Part shown: positions 12,522-25,744 of the stretch, piece by piece
Layout of the letters: the number at the start of each line of letters is the position of its first letter
How positions within the stretch are numbered: the stretch's first letter is position 1
Source: Octopus bimaculoides
Lineage: Eukaryota
Length of the DNA: 64,000 nt
NCBI RefSeq assembly: GCF_001194135.2
Contig: NC_068992.1
Span: forward strand, 2,998,597 to 3,062,596
Direction of reading: 5' to 3'
Made by a program: the position numbers and the translations under genes
The notes under the pieces: generated by a model
The model's database searches: none
Told to the model about the DNA's origin: nothing
Seen by the model: only the letters and a program-made list of their open reading frames with translations

Positions 12522-13074
12522 TATAATATGAAAGGATGACACATGTTGAATCTGAATTTGTGATAACCTGGAAGATAGAAGCTGCACTTCTGGTGAACAA
12601 AGAATGAATTAGGATCAAGTAGACACATCAAACTTTTTGAGCTTCACACCTGTTAATAAATAGGCAATGATCGAGTTTTGTTTTTAAGCCTTGGTCATAG
12701 TGGTAGTGGTGTTGGTCGCAGTCGTGGCAGTGGTAGTGGGTTTTGTGATGGTGCTGATGACAGTGGTGGTAGTGACCATCATTGTCGAGGTAGCAACTGC
12801 AGCAGTGTCAAGGTGAATCACTGTAAAAAAATTTTGTGTAAAGAAACAAAAAGAAAAACCAGAACTTGTCTGCTATAACGAAGAATTTTATTTATGACAC
12901 AACGCCATTAGATCACAGTTGTAATTCTTCCTAAGACTTGTTTGATTTAGCTTTATTATTTATAAGTTGTTACTTCCATTAGAATCTAATGGGATTCTCC
13001 CTACACATTGTTGCCTGTAAAAAAAAAAAAAGTTTTTTTAATAAATTAAGAAATGTTTGCAATGAATTTTTGAT

Positions 13075-13335
13075 CATCATCATCATCGTTTAATGTCTGC
13101 TTTCCATGCTGGCATGAGTTGGATGGTTTGACTGAGGACTGGTAAGCCAGAGGCTGCACCAGGCTCCAATCTGATCTGGCAAAGTTTCTACAACTGGATG
13201 CCCTACCTAACACCAACCACTCCAAGAGCGGTTCTGGCAATGACCATGCTCAAAAGGTGTTTTTTATGTGCTACCTGCATGGGAGCCAGTCTGGCGGCAC
13301 TGGCAATGACCACGCTCAAATGTTGTACCACTTGC
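13075..13335 (-). mobile_element. RTE 3'UTR-derived short element
   Basis: catcatcatcgtttaatgtctgctttccatgctggcatg... with internal tandem ggcaatgaccacgctcaaa units. Similar copies at 16224-16383(+), 28230-28460(-), 38880-39235(-), 58797-58900(-) and 61935-62125(-). Confidence 0.85.
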
Positions 13336-13902
13336 ATACTGGTGTCAGTTTAATCTACTGTCCCTCTCCCCAAAGATTTTGGGCCTAGAGTAGAAAAGAT
13401 AATCATTATCATTATTTAGTCAAAATTAAAAGAGTGCCATTGTCATATTATTATTATTGTTATTATTATCATTTATTTTTATTATTATTATCATTTATTA
13501 TTATCATTATTATTATTACTATTATTATTATTATTATTATCATTTATTATTTATCATCATCATCATCATCATCACTAAGAGTAGAATCTGAAATCTTTTA
13601 TTATAAAAGAAGATTATTCTTGATGAATTACCAAATAAGGTACCTTTTTCAAGTTTTTAATAACAGAAAATACTGGAAGTTTTTCATTAGAATTAAAATA
13701 GGAACAATCCAAAAGAGCAGTTATCTCTTTCTGCTTCTTCACCCTGTTTTATTGGTCTCATTTATTTTGATTTTTATTTTGTTTTGTTTTGTTTTTTTCT
13801 TCTAATGAGCACAACAAGTGAGATGGTGGCTTTTGTTAACAATATTTGATGTTAAATTCTGTGATGTCCAGCCACAATCCATTTGAAATAATTGGTTGAC
13901 AG

Positions 13903-14020
13903 TCTTTTATATTTTCCACCACTGAATACCTGGATCGTCAGAGATAACTGGAATAAATCACTTCGACTTTGTTTGAAAATATTCCAAGAAATGTCTGATT
14001 CTTGGAGTGATATTTCTAAA
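13903..14020 (+). CDS. Candidate exon (LLYFPPLNTWIVRDNWNKSLRLCLKIFQEMSDSWSDISK)
   Basis: ggttgacag| ... |gtatga; phase 2 to 0. An overlapping - strand candidate (13930-14085) also has plausible splice sites. Confidence 0.3.
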
Positions 14021-15242
14021 GTATGATCTCTCCATTTAATATCATAAGGCCCATCATTATACAAGAACTTTGAGAATTTGTTCAGCTGGAGTTAAGAAAG
14101 CTTTAACAGACTACATATAATCCAAAACAATGATTTGCTTTCATCTTTTATAGTGTCAATTATTATTATTATTATTAAGGTGGCAAGCTGGTAGAATCGT
14201 TAGCATGCTGGGCGAAATGCTTAGTGGTATTTCACCTGTTTCTACTGTTCTGAGTTCAAATTCCACTGATGCCGACTTTTCTTTTCATTCCTTTCAAGGT
14301 CAATAAATTGAGTACCAGTGAAACACTGGGGGTGATGTAATTGACTAGTCCCCTCGTCCAAAATTTTAGGCCTTGTGCCTTTAGTAGGAAGAATTATTAT
14401 TATTATTATTTCTAACAAATTATTATCACCATCATTATTGTTTTAATGTCTACCTTTCCATGCTTTCATGGGTTAGACAAAATTATTGTTTTGTTTTTTT
14501 ATTCCTTTTCTTTTGTTTAACCCTTTAGCAATCAGATTTCTTTGTCAGATGTATTGCTTATTTATTTACATTGTTCTGAATTAATCACACATTATTTTGT
14601 AGCGGCAAGATTTCATTGATGCATTTGCGTATTTTCAGAAAGACATTGTAGAGTAGGTGTGTGAGGTTGGAAATGGTCAAGTTTAGCACAAAACAAGTTG
14701 AATATTCAGGCCAGATTAAACACTAAAAGGTTAAATAGTTAACTTACTGAAATAATTAAATATTGTTTTAGAAGGATTTTCTTGTTAGCATTTTGAGTTT
14801 AAAACTTTTCTTCTTTTGTTTTTTAGTTTGCAGTAAATAAAATATATAAAATGTCAAAATTAAGCCATTTGTTGAACATTATTGCAGTGTCGTTAACATT
14901 TCTCACAGTGAGCTGAAAATTAAATATCATTTAATGTTAATTTGGTACGAATTTTAATGAATAATTTTCATATGGTTCTTATTAAGTAGTGATAAATATA
15001 ATAATTATTTTTCATAAACATAATAATTAATACTTCCAGTAAATTGCAATCATCAATATAAGACCATTTATTCTAAGTTTATAAATGAGGAGCAAAGAAT
15101 GGTAGTTCTGAGACTGCTTGACTGTATCTTCCTGCATCAGAATGTTTATATATCAATGAAGCCAGATGAAACCTATGTTGTCTTTAATGGTTTTCTTTGT
15201 GAAATTTCTTACATCAGTTTGTGTTTGTTTTACTAACCACAG

Positions 15243-15286
15243 ACTATTGCTGTAGTGTCAACACAAGAACCCCTTATATATGACTG
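15243..15286 (+). CDS. Candidate exon (TIAVVSTQEPLIYD)
   Basis: Branch-point-like actaac plus pyrimidine tract gtttgttttactaaccacag|, donor |gtatgt; only phase 0 is open. Confidence 0.5.
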
Positions 15287-15399
15287 GTATGTTTTTTATT
15301 GACTAATGCTGCTGTCATTTATCAAAATTCACATGTTCCAATTCTCTGATTAGGTATTTTGTGTAAAATAACAATGAATTTCTATTTCTCGTACTTCTT

Positions 15400-16020
15400 G
15401 TATGATTTTTTGCAAACAACTTCCAGATGTGAGTGCTACCAGCTGAAGGCTCTGGATGCCAACAAGCTTGTGAGGAGATGTGTTCTATTTCAGTGCCTTT
15501 CTCTCAATGGCATCATTGTGCACCGGCCCCCTCACTGGAATGAAGCCCCACTTGCAAGATGAACTGGTTACTAAGTCTCACTCTGTATTCTTCTAGCTAT
15601 TTGTTCATCATCTCTTTTTAATCAAACCCAGTGGCTTGCCTTCTCCACTGTTGTCTGGATATCATTTATGGTGGTATTTGCTTTACAACGAGTTAGGCCA
15701 AGCAACAACAGCAATCACCCTACCCCGGGGACCAGTGAATTCTCCACAACCAACTCTCTGATTGGAAAATGCTCTGCTTTCCTCTCTACATCTTCACATT
15801 CCTTGAGGAGGTTTTTATAATAGTCAGTCTTTCAAGCCTGAGTGGCATCCATGTCATCTCCATGAGGAGCCATTGACTCAATTCGATTTACTACTGTCTT
15901 CCTTTCACACCCTATGATAATATCTGTTTTCTTCATTACTGGAATGGGGGAGAATCCTTGGCACTCTGGTAAATCTGAAGCCACTTCCCAATAGCCATTC
16001 CAACAGGAAGTTTCTTCATT
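15400..16020 (-). mobile_element. 3' end of a restriction-like-endonuclease non-LTR retrotransposon (HERO/NeSL-like)
   Basis: - strand ASDLPECQGFSP...TDII...KNLLKECE...FPI...TTVEKASHWV*LKRDD follows the PD..E..K..KY..L...C and AEKASxWxWxKR pattern; stops and frameshifts present. Confidence 0.7.
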
Positions 16021-17009
16021 TGTGTTTATGTATGAATAAAACGTCTGTACAGCTAAATGCCATTAACCTTCACAGAAGGGAATAGAGTGGCTGATAATAA
16101 ATAATGAGACTTCATTATTAGAGGTTTTAATGTTTCAAAGTATTATCAAAGATGGAAAGACTTATCAATAGATAGATATGTGTAAACTGAAAGGTAGAAA
16201 GGTGGATATATATATATATACTCTGTAGGGCGGTTGGTGTTAGGAAGGGCATCTAGCCATAAAAAAAACTATGCCAAAACAGACAGTGAAGCTTGGTGCA
16301 ATCTTCTGCCTAGCCAGCTCCTGTCAAACCATTCAACCCATGCCAGCATGAAAAGCAGATGTTAAATGATGATGATGATGATGTTGATTATATACATAGA
16401 AACAGACAGAGGTGAATGTATATATTTAGTACAAGCAAAATAGAACTTAATAATGCATGAGTATATATACATTTTTATAATCTTCAATCAATGGAAAGTT
16501 ACGAAAGTGACTCCAGGGCCAAGAGTTCATGCATGGCACTTATCAAACTGATTGCAAATCTGGGATCTTGTTTCTTATATACAATAAATTATAATTCTTT
16601 CTAGAATGGTCAGTTAGAAATCAAAGTTTGAACAGGTCACATGGAGCATGCATCTTTTTCAAATGTTCTACATGCTAAACATAGACTAGTTTTTGAGAAA
16701 GTAAACTGCAGTTCATAAAAATGCATGCACATACACACATATTTCTCTCTCACTCTCTCCCCCCTTTCTCTTCCCCCCTCTGTCCATCTCAACACATGCA
16801 CACACACACAAATATGCATGCCTACACACACACACATATATATGGATATATAGACTATATATAAATTAACTACGGTTATATAAATTAAACTATGGTTTAC
16901 CTGCTGCCGTATACCTTTTACCAAGGACTATACCTACTGAGGTAATCACCAGAAGTGCCTTTGGATATATCTATCCCTTAGAGGCTTTAAACACCTCTAA
17001 CTTATACCC

Positions 17010-17061
<52 letters not shown>

Positions 17062-17664
17062 CAATTTTCACATACAAATTTAGGTGCATGCATGGCAGTA
17101 TAGTTAAGAAATTTGTCTCAGAACCATTTCCACTATGTGACTATTGTTGGCTCCTGTCCAAGCTATAGCCATGGCTATATGATTTGACAGCAGACCATTT
17201 AATTTCATAGTTGGGAAAGCCTTTGTTCTTAAACTTCAGACATATTTTGGAAGTTTCATTTCTAAGCATGTGCATAAGCTGAATGTCTCTGGATTTGAAT
17301 GAGTTTTTAGTAAGGCTTATATAGCATTCTGTGTCATTGTCGTTATTGGTGAAAGCAACACCTTTCCGTTGGCCTTTACTGTATATAAGGCATGTTCTCA
17401 TGTTAAGACAGTTACACTGAAGTGAGGAATCATTTGTAAGAAGAGGAGTAATTTCTTCTAAAGAAGAAGTGAAAATATTCATGCTGCTGTAACTTACTTT
17501 GATGTTATATCTGTTAAAATTTTGTGTTACTTAAGACTACTAGGGAAGTGTTGACTAACTCAGTTTCAAAAGGATCAGGCCAGATTAAATTTGATGTTCA
17601 AACTGAAAGTGGGAATATACCATATCATTTTTCCTGGTATTTCTAGTATTAGGAAATCCTTGTG

Positions 17665-18050
17665 AAGAAATATACTCTATTCTATCATTAAAGCCACTTC
17701 TGCTCAGAGCCTCATTGTAAAATATAGCAGCGTGGTTTAAAATCTTTTCATTACATAATATTTTAGAAATCCTTTAATGCTTCTGGGTAAGTTTTTCAGA
17801 ATATTAGGTGAATGTATCATATATCTCATTGTTTTCTAGGACTGTAAATGTTAAATGCTAGCTTTAGAATAACATCTAAAAAGCTGACAATACTAGTTTT
17901 AGTTCTCACAATAATCCTTAGGTCAAGACTTCAAAAAATATTAAATCTTGTCAAATTGATAGCCATTTTGCTTCTCTCTGTAAAAATAATTTTATCATTG
18001 ATTGTCACAAATGACTCTATTAACTCTTCCTAATCCACTTTTAGACTGGT
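17665..18050 (-). mobile_element. Penelope-like element reverse transcriptase relic
   Basis: - strand LDLRIIVRTKTSIVSFLDVILKL..NIYSPRK, then HSPNILKNLPRSI, then CNEKILNHAAIFYNEALSRSGF; matches PLE RT motifs V.FLDV.L.L....Y.PY.KP, SNHPP.I.K.LP.SI and Y..AL..SG, with frameshifts. Confidence 0.8.
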
Positions 18051-18587
18051 AAGTCTGCATTTATTTGATTTATGGTCTTTTAAATTAATCTTGGTGGTGA
18101 TGGCTGCTTGAAACTAAGCTTTCAATTTTGTCATCTAATTTAATAACCAATGCTAATTGCTTTGCTTCCGTATTAATATTGTAGTTTGTGTGAGGGTTAG
18201 TTTTCTTTTGGGTTTTTGCAATATCACTAGAAAAGAGTAAATGATGCAATTTTCTTGATCTTAGTCCCAGGACTTCTTTTTGTTCTAATGTCAGCTTTGG
18301 CATGGCTTCTACAGCTGGATGCACTTCAGAACAGCAACCACTTTACACTGTTCAGGATGCTTAAGGTTGGGTGTATAACTAACCCTATTCTTAAATTAGC
18401 TGCTGGTGATGAGTCTTATTGTAGTGCAGGGCCTCAGCATTGAAAAATATTTTTACTTGAAAATAGAAGAAAGGCAGACATTTATTCATACAGCTTCCTA
18501 TTATTCAGCCAAAGAAATCAGGAACTTTGTTAAGAGATTCAAACTTTGTGAAGAACAAAATCCTGTCGCCCTTTAGCTTTTACAAGG

Positions 18588-19530
18588 ATCATCATCATCA
18601 TCATCATCATCGTTTAACGTCCGCTTTCCATGCTAGCATGGGTTGGACGATTTGACTGAGGACTGGTGAAACCGGATGGCAACACCAGGCTCCAGTCTGA
18701 TTTGGCAGAGTTTCTACAGCTGGATGCCCTTCCTAACGCCAACCACTCAGAGAGTGTAGTGGGTGCTTTTACGTGTCACCCGCACGAAAACGGCCACGCT
18801 CGAAATGGTGTCTTTTATGTGCCACCCGCACANNNNNNNNNNNNNNNNNNNNNNNNNNNNNNNNNNNNNNNNNNNNNNNNNNNNNNNNNNNNNNNNNNNN
18901 NNNNNNNNNNNNNNNNNNNNNNNNNNNNNNNNNNNNNNNNNNNNNNNNNNNNNNNNNNNNNNNNNNNNNNNNNNNNNNNNNNNNNNNNNNNNNNNNNNNN
19001 NNNNNNNNNNNNNNNNNNNNNNNNNNNNNNNNNNNNNNNNNNNNNNNNNNNNNNNNNNNNNNNNNNNNNNNNNNNNNNNNNNNNNNNNNNNNNNNNNNNN
19101 NNNNNNNNNNNNNNNNNNNNNNNNNNNNNNNNNNNNNNNNNNNNNNNNNNNNNNNNNNNNNNNNNNNNNNNNNNNNNNNNNNNNCACCACCTCAGCCCAG
19201 GTCTTCCTGGGCCTACCTCTTCCACGGGTTCCCTCAACTGTTAGGGTGTGGCACTTTTTCACGCAGCTATCCTCCTCCATTCTCACCACATGTCCATACC
19301 AGCGCAATCGTCTCTCTTGCACGCCACAACTGATGCTTCTAATGTTCAGCTTTTCTCTCAAGATACTTACACTCTGACGGGTATTCACATTGACATTACA
19401 CATCCAACGGAGCATACTGGCTTCATTCCTTGCGAGCTTACGTATGTCCTCAGCAGTTACAGCCCATGTTTCACTGCCATGTAGCATGGTTGTTCGTATA
19501 GTGCTCTCGAATAGTGCTCTCAAAAACTAG
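18588..19530 (-). mobile_element. 5'-truncated RTE-clade LINE (RT C-terminus, 3'UTR, (GAT)n tail), interrupted by an N-gap
   Basis: ORF track peptide TMLHGSETWAVT...MLRWMC...ERRLRWYGHVVRM...RGRGRPRKTWAEVV is typical of RTE; tail at 18588-18611. Confidence 0.92.
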
Positions 19531-20227
19531 GCACAGCTTCCAGTTTCTGGTTCAATGTAGGACACTATTAAGAATATCCAACTAAAAACAACCAATGGTT
19601 CCAACAAATTTTGTTTGGAAAATATTTACAAAAATAAATATTGTTGAATTAAGTAATATTTTCCCCTTCATAAAAACTAATGAGGTTGAAAATGTATGTA
19701 TGGTCTCCATTTCTTACTCTGGTTCAAAATGTAATCTTCCTGCTGCTAAGAATTGACATTGTGCTAGTATGATTTAAAATTAACTTAACTATATTTCACC
19801 AAATTATATACCTCTATATCATGAAGTTGTAAATATTCTTAATGATTTCTCAATTACACATAGAATTACAATGGAAGGAAGTTGTGACTGACAAGTTATA
19901 TTTTGTCTAAAGACATTCGTTAAAACATTCCAACTTTGAAATGAAATTTGGTTAAGAGATTTGCATTAACCTGCCACAATAACAATGAAAAATGTTTTGT
20001 AAACTAAAACAATTCTATAAGTAGAGCACAAATCATATAAGATTTTTATTGTGGATGTAGCCTAACATTTATCAATGAAAATTAATAAAATATTTGACAA
20101 CGGAATATTCTTTGTATGAATGACACTCAGGAGGCAGTAATTGCCAAAAGCTAGATTAAATTTTAATGAGTTGTTTGTAGTTTTAGAGTTGATTCTTTTT
20201 TCCCTCACTTCTGTTTTATAGTTTCCT

Positions 20228-20545
20228 TATACATACATACATACATACACACATACATGTGTGTATGCATGTATTTATATATATGTGTACATATATATGT
20301 ATATATATGTATGTATAATATATGTATATATATATGTATGTATGTATAATATATATATGTATATATACATATGTATGATATATGTATATATATATGTATG
20401 TATGTATAATATATATATGTATATATACATATGTATAATATATATATGTATATATATATATATACATATATATATACATATATGCATATGTATATACATG
20501 TAGATATATATCCATGTATGCATATATATATGTGTGTTTGTGTGT
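20228..20545. repeat. Compound (TA)/(TATG)/(CA) microsatellite
   Basis: Direct inspection. Similar tracts at about 40470-40850, 47560-47700, 48470-48860 and 50610-51960. Confidence 0.95.
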
Positions 20546-21511
20546 GCATAATCAAGATAAATGGAGAGATATTGAAATGTTATATAATTACTGAATCGAC
20601 AATAAGTATTTATAACAGATAGCTTTTGTTAATAATTTTTCATTTAAGTTCGAGACAAAAGAAAGCAAAAACAAAACCAAAAAAATCATATTTGTTTATT
20701 CAGCTCCTTTGGAAAGTTTTCCCATTCCAACAAATTAATTTTCCTTGTGTTAATAACAAGGAAAACAATATTTATTGCACAGTTATCAGGGTTTTTTTGT
20801 TTTTTTATTTGTGATGCAAACCATTTATGTAGCAAAATTTACTTGACTACTTTGCTTTCAATTTACTAACTTAAAAGTTACACATTTCTAATGTATCATA
20901 AATACATGTTCTATTATTCAGTAGAGGATGGTCATATTTGTAAGCCTGACTCACTGGTTGCCTGAAATACATTGTTATTGGACGGTTTCTTTCCTTTCAC
21001 TGGAACTCAATAAATATCACCCATCATAATATCTCCCACATCCTGCATGTTTACAATTCCTTCTGGTGGGGAGGATCTTTTAGCTTTTTAAAATCTATTA
21101 ACATTTTCCAATAATTCCTCCAATAAAAACACAGAAGTGATCAAACATTTTTAGACCTGCATAACCAACAAATGAAATAAAACTGTAAAAGCCAACGGAT
21201 TGTTTGCATGAAAAGATTCAATGCATGAAAGTGAGCCACTTGTAAATGTCTGTCACACTGTTTATTTAATAGCTCAACTTGTTATTTCAAATAAATCAAA
21301 TTTATGGGGCTGATTTTCCATCCCCAGTGTATTTTGCTAAAATAACTTATTTCTTTTCTTTAATTAAGTGCATATGTATTTCATAAAATGCAAGAAAAAT
21401 ATAATTTATCGACCCCGAAAGGATGAAAGGCAAAGTCAACCTCGACAGAATTTGAACTCAGAATGTAAAGACAGATGAAATACTGCTAAGCATTTTGCCC
21501 AGCTTGCCGCC

Positions 21512-21561
<50 letters not shown>

Positions 21562-22454
21562 TCTTTCTACTATAGGCACAAGGCCTGAAATTTGGGGGAA
21601 GGGGATAGTCAATTACATAAACCCCAGTACTTAACTGGTACTTATTTTATTGACCCTGCTAAGCATTTCCATCAGCATGCTAACAATTCTGCCAGCTTGC
21701 TGCCATAATAATAATAATAATAATAATAATGATGATGATGATGATGATGGTGATGAACTGACCCTAGAGGATTGAAAAGTGAAGTTAACCTTAGTAGAGA
21801 TTGAACTCAAATATAGAGAGATGAGCCTAAATTACCTTAGGGTTATATACAGGTGTAGTGGTTAAAAAGTTCACTAGAGAATCAAATGGTTCTGGGTTCA
21901 GTCTCACTACATGAACATTTTTGGCTAACATTCTATATTAGAACCATGGGTCAGCCGATAGCTTAAGAATGAAATTGGTTGACAGAAACTGAAGACATTT
22001 GTCCTCTGTGTGTATGTGTGTGTGTGCACATGCATATTTGTGAGAAGTGAGTTTGTTTTCCCTTCATCTTTACATCTGTTTGCTAACAGTAAACAAACAG
22101 CCTCACTTTCAATACAGGCAATATAATTTGCTTGCAGCCAACTGGGAAAGCATATTCAGGCTTCTTAACATGTCATGGTGCCCAGTGTTTGTAAAGACAT
22201 AAATAAACATTATGCAACATGTCAGGAAATGTAAAGAAACATGTATTATAACAAAAAAAAAAATATCTTTGTTCAAATAATGCTGTTTGTTTCCAGTTTA
22301 TTTTGTAACTGTGTCTGCATTGTTGATTGTTCGATAGATGTGTGGATTGTTGTTTAACTTGGAAACAGGGGAGGCACAGCAACAGGAAGGGTATCTGGTT
22401 GTAGAAAAATAATCTGTCTCAACAGGAGTGGCTGTGTGGTAAGTAGCTTGCTTA

Positions 22455-22625
22455 CCTACCATGGTACCAGTGATGTTGTAGCTCATTTCTATAGCTGAGT
22501 GAACTGGAGCAGCATGAAACAAAGTGTCTTGCTCAAGAACACAACTTTCAGCCTGGTCCAGGAATCGAGCTCACTACCTCACAATTGAGAACCCAATGCT
22601 CTAACCATTAAGCCATGTGCCTTCA
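22455..22625 (-). mobile_element. tRNA-derived SINE, family C, adjoining a family A head at 22424
   Basis: Reverse complement gtgaaggcacatggcttaatggttagagcattgggttctcaattgtgaggtagtgagctcgattcctggacc...gttcttgagcaagacac has a tRNA-like head. Confidence 0.7.
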
Positions 22626-22892
22626 CTACTGCATATTACTATATACAGCTTACTATATCCTCATTATATTCATACTAAAAAAACAAACATTCTGATTCCA
22701 TTTAGTTTGCCCCACCTCCCACCCATTCCCTTTCTTTGCATTATAGAAAAATGTAAAGAAAGACAATCCCCCCCCCCTTATTATATTGAAACCTAATTGA
22801 TAAAGTAAATAATTGAGGAGTTTTCAGTTATGAGAATGGTGTAGTATTGTGTCTGACTTCTTTTGGGAGAGAAATATTCAATAAGTTTTCAG

Positions 22893-22983
22893 CTTTTGGA
22901 AAAATCATCACTTTTACTCTTGAAGTCTGGCATTGAATCAAACCAACGAAATACCATGCAATTGGCACAGGATGTTAATTTCG
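22893..22983 (+). CDS. Candidate exon (LLEKSSLLLLKSGIESNQRNTMQLAQDVNF)
   Basis: aagttttcag| ... |gtatgc; only phase 0 is open, phase 1 out. Confidence 0.4.
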
Positions 22984-23978
22984 GTATGCTGTAGTTATTT
23001 AGTTTATTTGTGTGTATGATCAAGTGTTATCACTTTAACCCTTTCATTGCTGTATTTATTTTGAGATACTCTGTGTTTCTTTCAATTACTTTAAATATAA
23101 CAAAATTTAGGAAAATAACCTGGTTATCGTTAAGCTAGTGTTGGGAACATAAATTGTGATTAAAGTTTGATGGAAGATTTTAATTCAAAACTTTACGTTT
23201 TGAGTTCAAATTCTGCTGTGGTCAACTTTGCCTTTCATCCTTTCGAGATTTATAAAATAAGTACCAGCTGGATACTGGGGGTGATGTAATTGACTTCCCC
23301 CTTCCCCCAAATTGCTGGCATTGTGCCAAAATTTAAAACAATATAGTAATGATACTCTGGGAGGCAATTTTCAAGGAAAAGTATTTGCTGTTGATTTTAT
23401 GGAGAACTCCAACAACTGAATCACCAATTCCCAAAAAACACCAAGTTGACCTTGTCTTTCGTAATGCAAATTGATTTAATGAAACTATTTTTAAAAAGAA
23501 ATAAATTGTATAAATTATTATCCTTAAGAAATATAGTATTTGTCTGTAAGCTCACAAAGAATTTATTTTACACTTGTCTGCATTGGAGCCAGAAAAATCT
23601 AGAATTTTAAACTTCAAAATGCCTTTCATATAAAGAATCTCACCAATTTGCACCCAAAAAAAAGTCTATGATCAGTAATCATGAAATAGCTGAAAATCCT
23701 AATAAGAGATCAATTGTATTGAACTCATAGTGATTAAATTATTGCAGTTAACACCTTTTCTCGTCTCATTAGCATTTTCCTCATCATCATTTTTCAGCCT
23801 GTTTTTCAATACAAGCATGAATTAGATTAAAAATTTATAACTTTATATTTGTGAATGAGAATATTTTTAGCGTTCAGCAGAGATGTATATATTAAAATAT
23901 AGATATAAAACCAGCATAAATACCTTCAAAACAAGCATTTTAATTTGTTAATTGACTGATAAGAAAACAAAATAACAA

Positions 23979-24029
<51 letters not shown>

Positions 24030-24766
24030 CTATCTATGTATCTGCCAGCCCTTCTCTCTCATTAAATATACATAAATATGAAGGCAGAAAGAAAATCTTT
24101 TGAGCCTTTTAAAGAGTCGAAATAAAGAACAAATTGTTATTTTTAAGGGATATTTATTGCTTCAGTTTTGTGGGGGTAGAGGATCGTTAAATTTCGTTAG
24201 GCTTGAGGGTATTAATTATATGATGAAATAAACATTGAAATCAGAAAATAAACCATGTGATACAATGAAAGTTTGTGAAGACCATATAATTATTTGCAAC
24301 AAGAGCTCTAATTTACAGAAGCAGTAACTAATGCAACCTAAAATGTAATTGCACAAAAACAAAGCTACATTTGATTTTAGTTATTCAAAAGTTGATCTTT
24401 TAATTCAAAGGACTAAGTTTTCCAGTACTTTCTGCAGTTCCCATCTTGTTCTTGATTGATTATGTTCTTTTGATGTGTTTATTGTTATAATTAAATTTGC
24501 TTTTAATATCTGCCACATAGTTGCATTAGTTTGAGCTCTTCATTTAATTCCAACAACTGGCCTGTAGATGTCTAATTTTACTTTCCGAATATTGTGCAGT
24601 CATTGCTGCTGCTACTGTGGTGTTGCTATTGCTGCTGCTACTGCTACTACTCCATCTTTTCTTCTACACTGGCACTCATACCCCACCCTGTATTAATTAA
24701 TTATTTTCCCCTCTTTTAAAACACTATTCAACCTCTCTGCCACTAACTTTATCTCATATGTCCCAG

Positions 24767-24782
24767 CACTTTTATTCACAAA
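24767..24782 (+). CDS. Candidate 16-nt microexon
   Basis: actaac branch motif, pyrimidine tract ...catatgtcccag|cacttttattcacaaa|gtgagt; a phase 1 reading would fit the previous candidate. Confidence 0.3.
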
Positions 24783-25265
24783 GTGAGTGCCACTGTGTTT
24801 GCAGCTGCACAATTGCACACATACAACTGCAGACCCACACCTTCACTGGTTAATGTCATAAACTCTTGTATGTGGTTTCTTTCAGCAAACTAGTCATCAC
24901 AGTTGTTGTTGCTGTTGTTGTTCCTCTTGTAAAACCAAGTTGATTGAATTACAATTTACACAGCATGAAAGACTTCTTAGTAAAAACACTTTATCCTGTC
25001 CCCTGGAGGGAACATGTAGCTGGCATATTGAATGTAAACTTAATAACCTCCATTAATAAGATTAATACTGAAAGGCCTTTGAGCCAGCCCTGGATGGGAA
25101 GATCCCCACAAGCAAGTCTTAAATCTGGGCTTCTAAGAAATATTAAGTCCTTTCATAGTCTCACTATCATGACTGTCCACTCTCTAATTATGCTGTCCAC
25201 TCTCTAATTATGCTTGGAGAGTTTTACTAAATGAAACCAACATACATCATAGTCATTGAGGGTAG

Positions 25266-25297
<32 letters not shown>

Positions 25298-25448
25298 AGG
25301 AGGAGAAGGATGATGTATTGATTTCTCTTATTGACATAACACCATTATTCATTAATATATATATACTTCTAATATAGGATAAAAAAATTTTCCAAAAATT
25401 TCATCAAGTGGCCAGCATATTAAAATACCTTTAAAGGTGAAAATTATA

Positions 25449-25705
25449 AACAATTATAAATAAGGGCAAAAGAAAAATAATTTCTATGCCAACATGCTGA
25501 GAAATAGACTTTAAATTGTCAATCACCACATAAGATATACATCACTATAAATACACATCATGTTGAATCGAGGAACGCAAGGTAACAGAGATAATGTATT
25601 TTCATAGTGATGTATATTTTAATGTGGTGATTGACGATTTAAAGTCTATTTTCTCAGCATATTGGCATAGAAATCTGTTTTCTTTTGCCCTTATTTATAA
25701 TTGTC
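25449..25705. mobile_element. Foldback MITE with about 105-bp terminal inverted repeats and about 40-nt spacer
   Basis: aacaattataaataagggcaaaagaaaa...atacatcactat versus atagtgatgtat...ttttcttttgcccttatttataattgtc; right end abuts (TA)n. Confidence 0.8.
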
Positions 25706-25706
25706 C

Positions 25707-25744
<38 letters not shown>

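Noticed and set aside
18666-19377. Long + strand ORFs, and similar ones at 39325-40292, 46223-46814 and 50576-51616
   Set aside because: Their length comes from running through N-gaps; the flanks are antisense to RTE or low-complexity sequence.
20205-20555. Many long Y/I/C/V/M/H/T-rich ORFs here and at 40289-40972, 47518-48703 and 50576-52047
   Set aside because: They are translations of (TA)/(CA)/(TATG) microsatellites.
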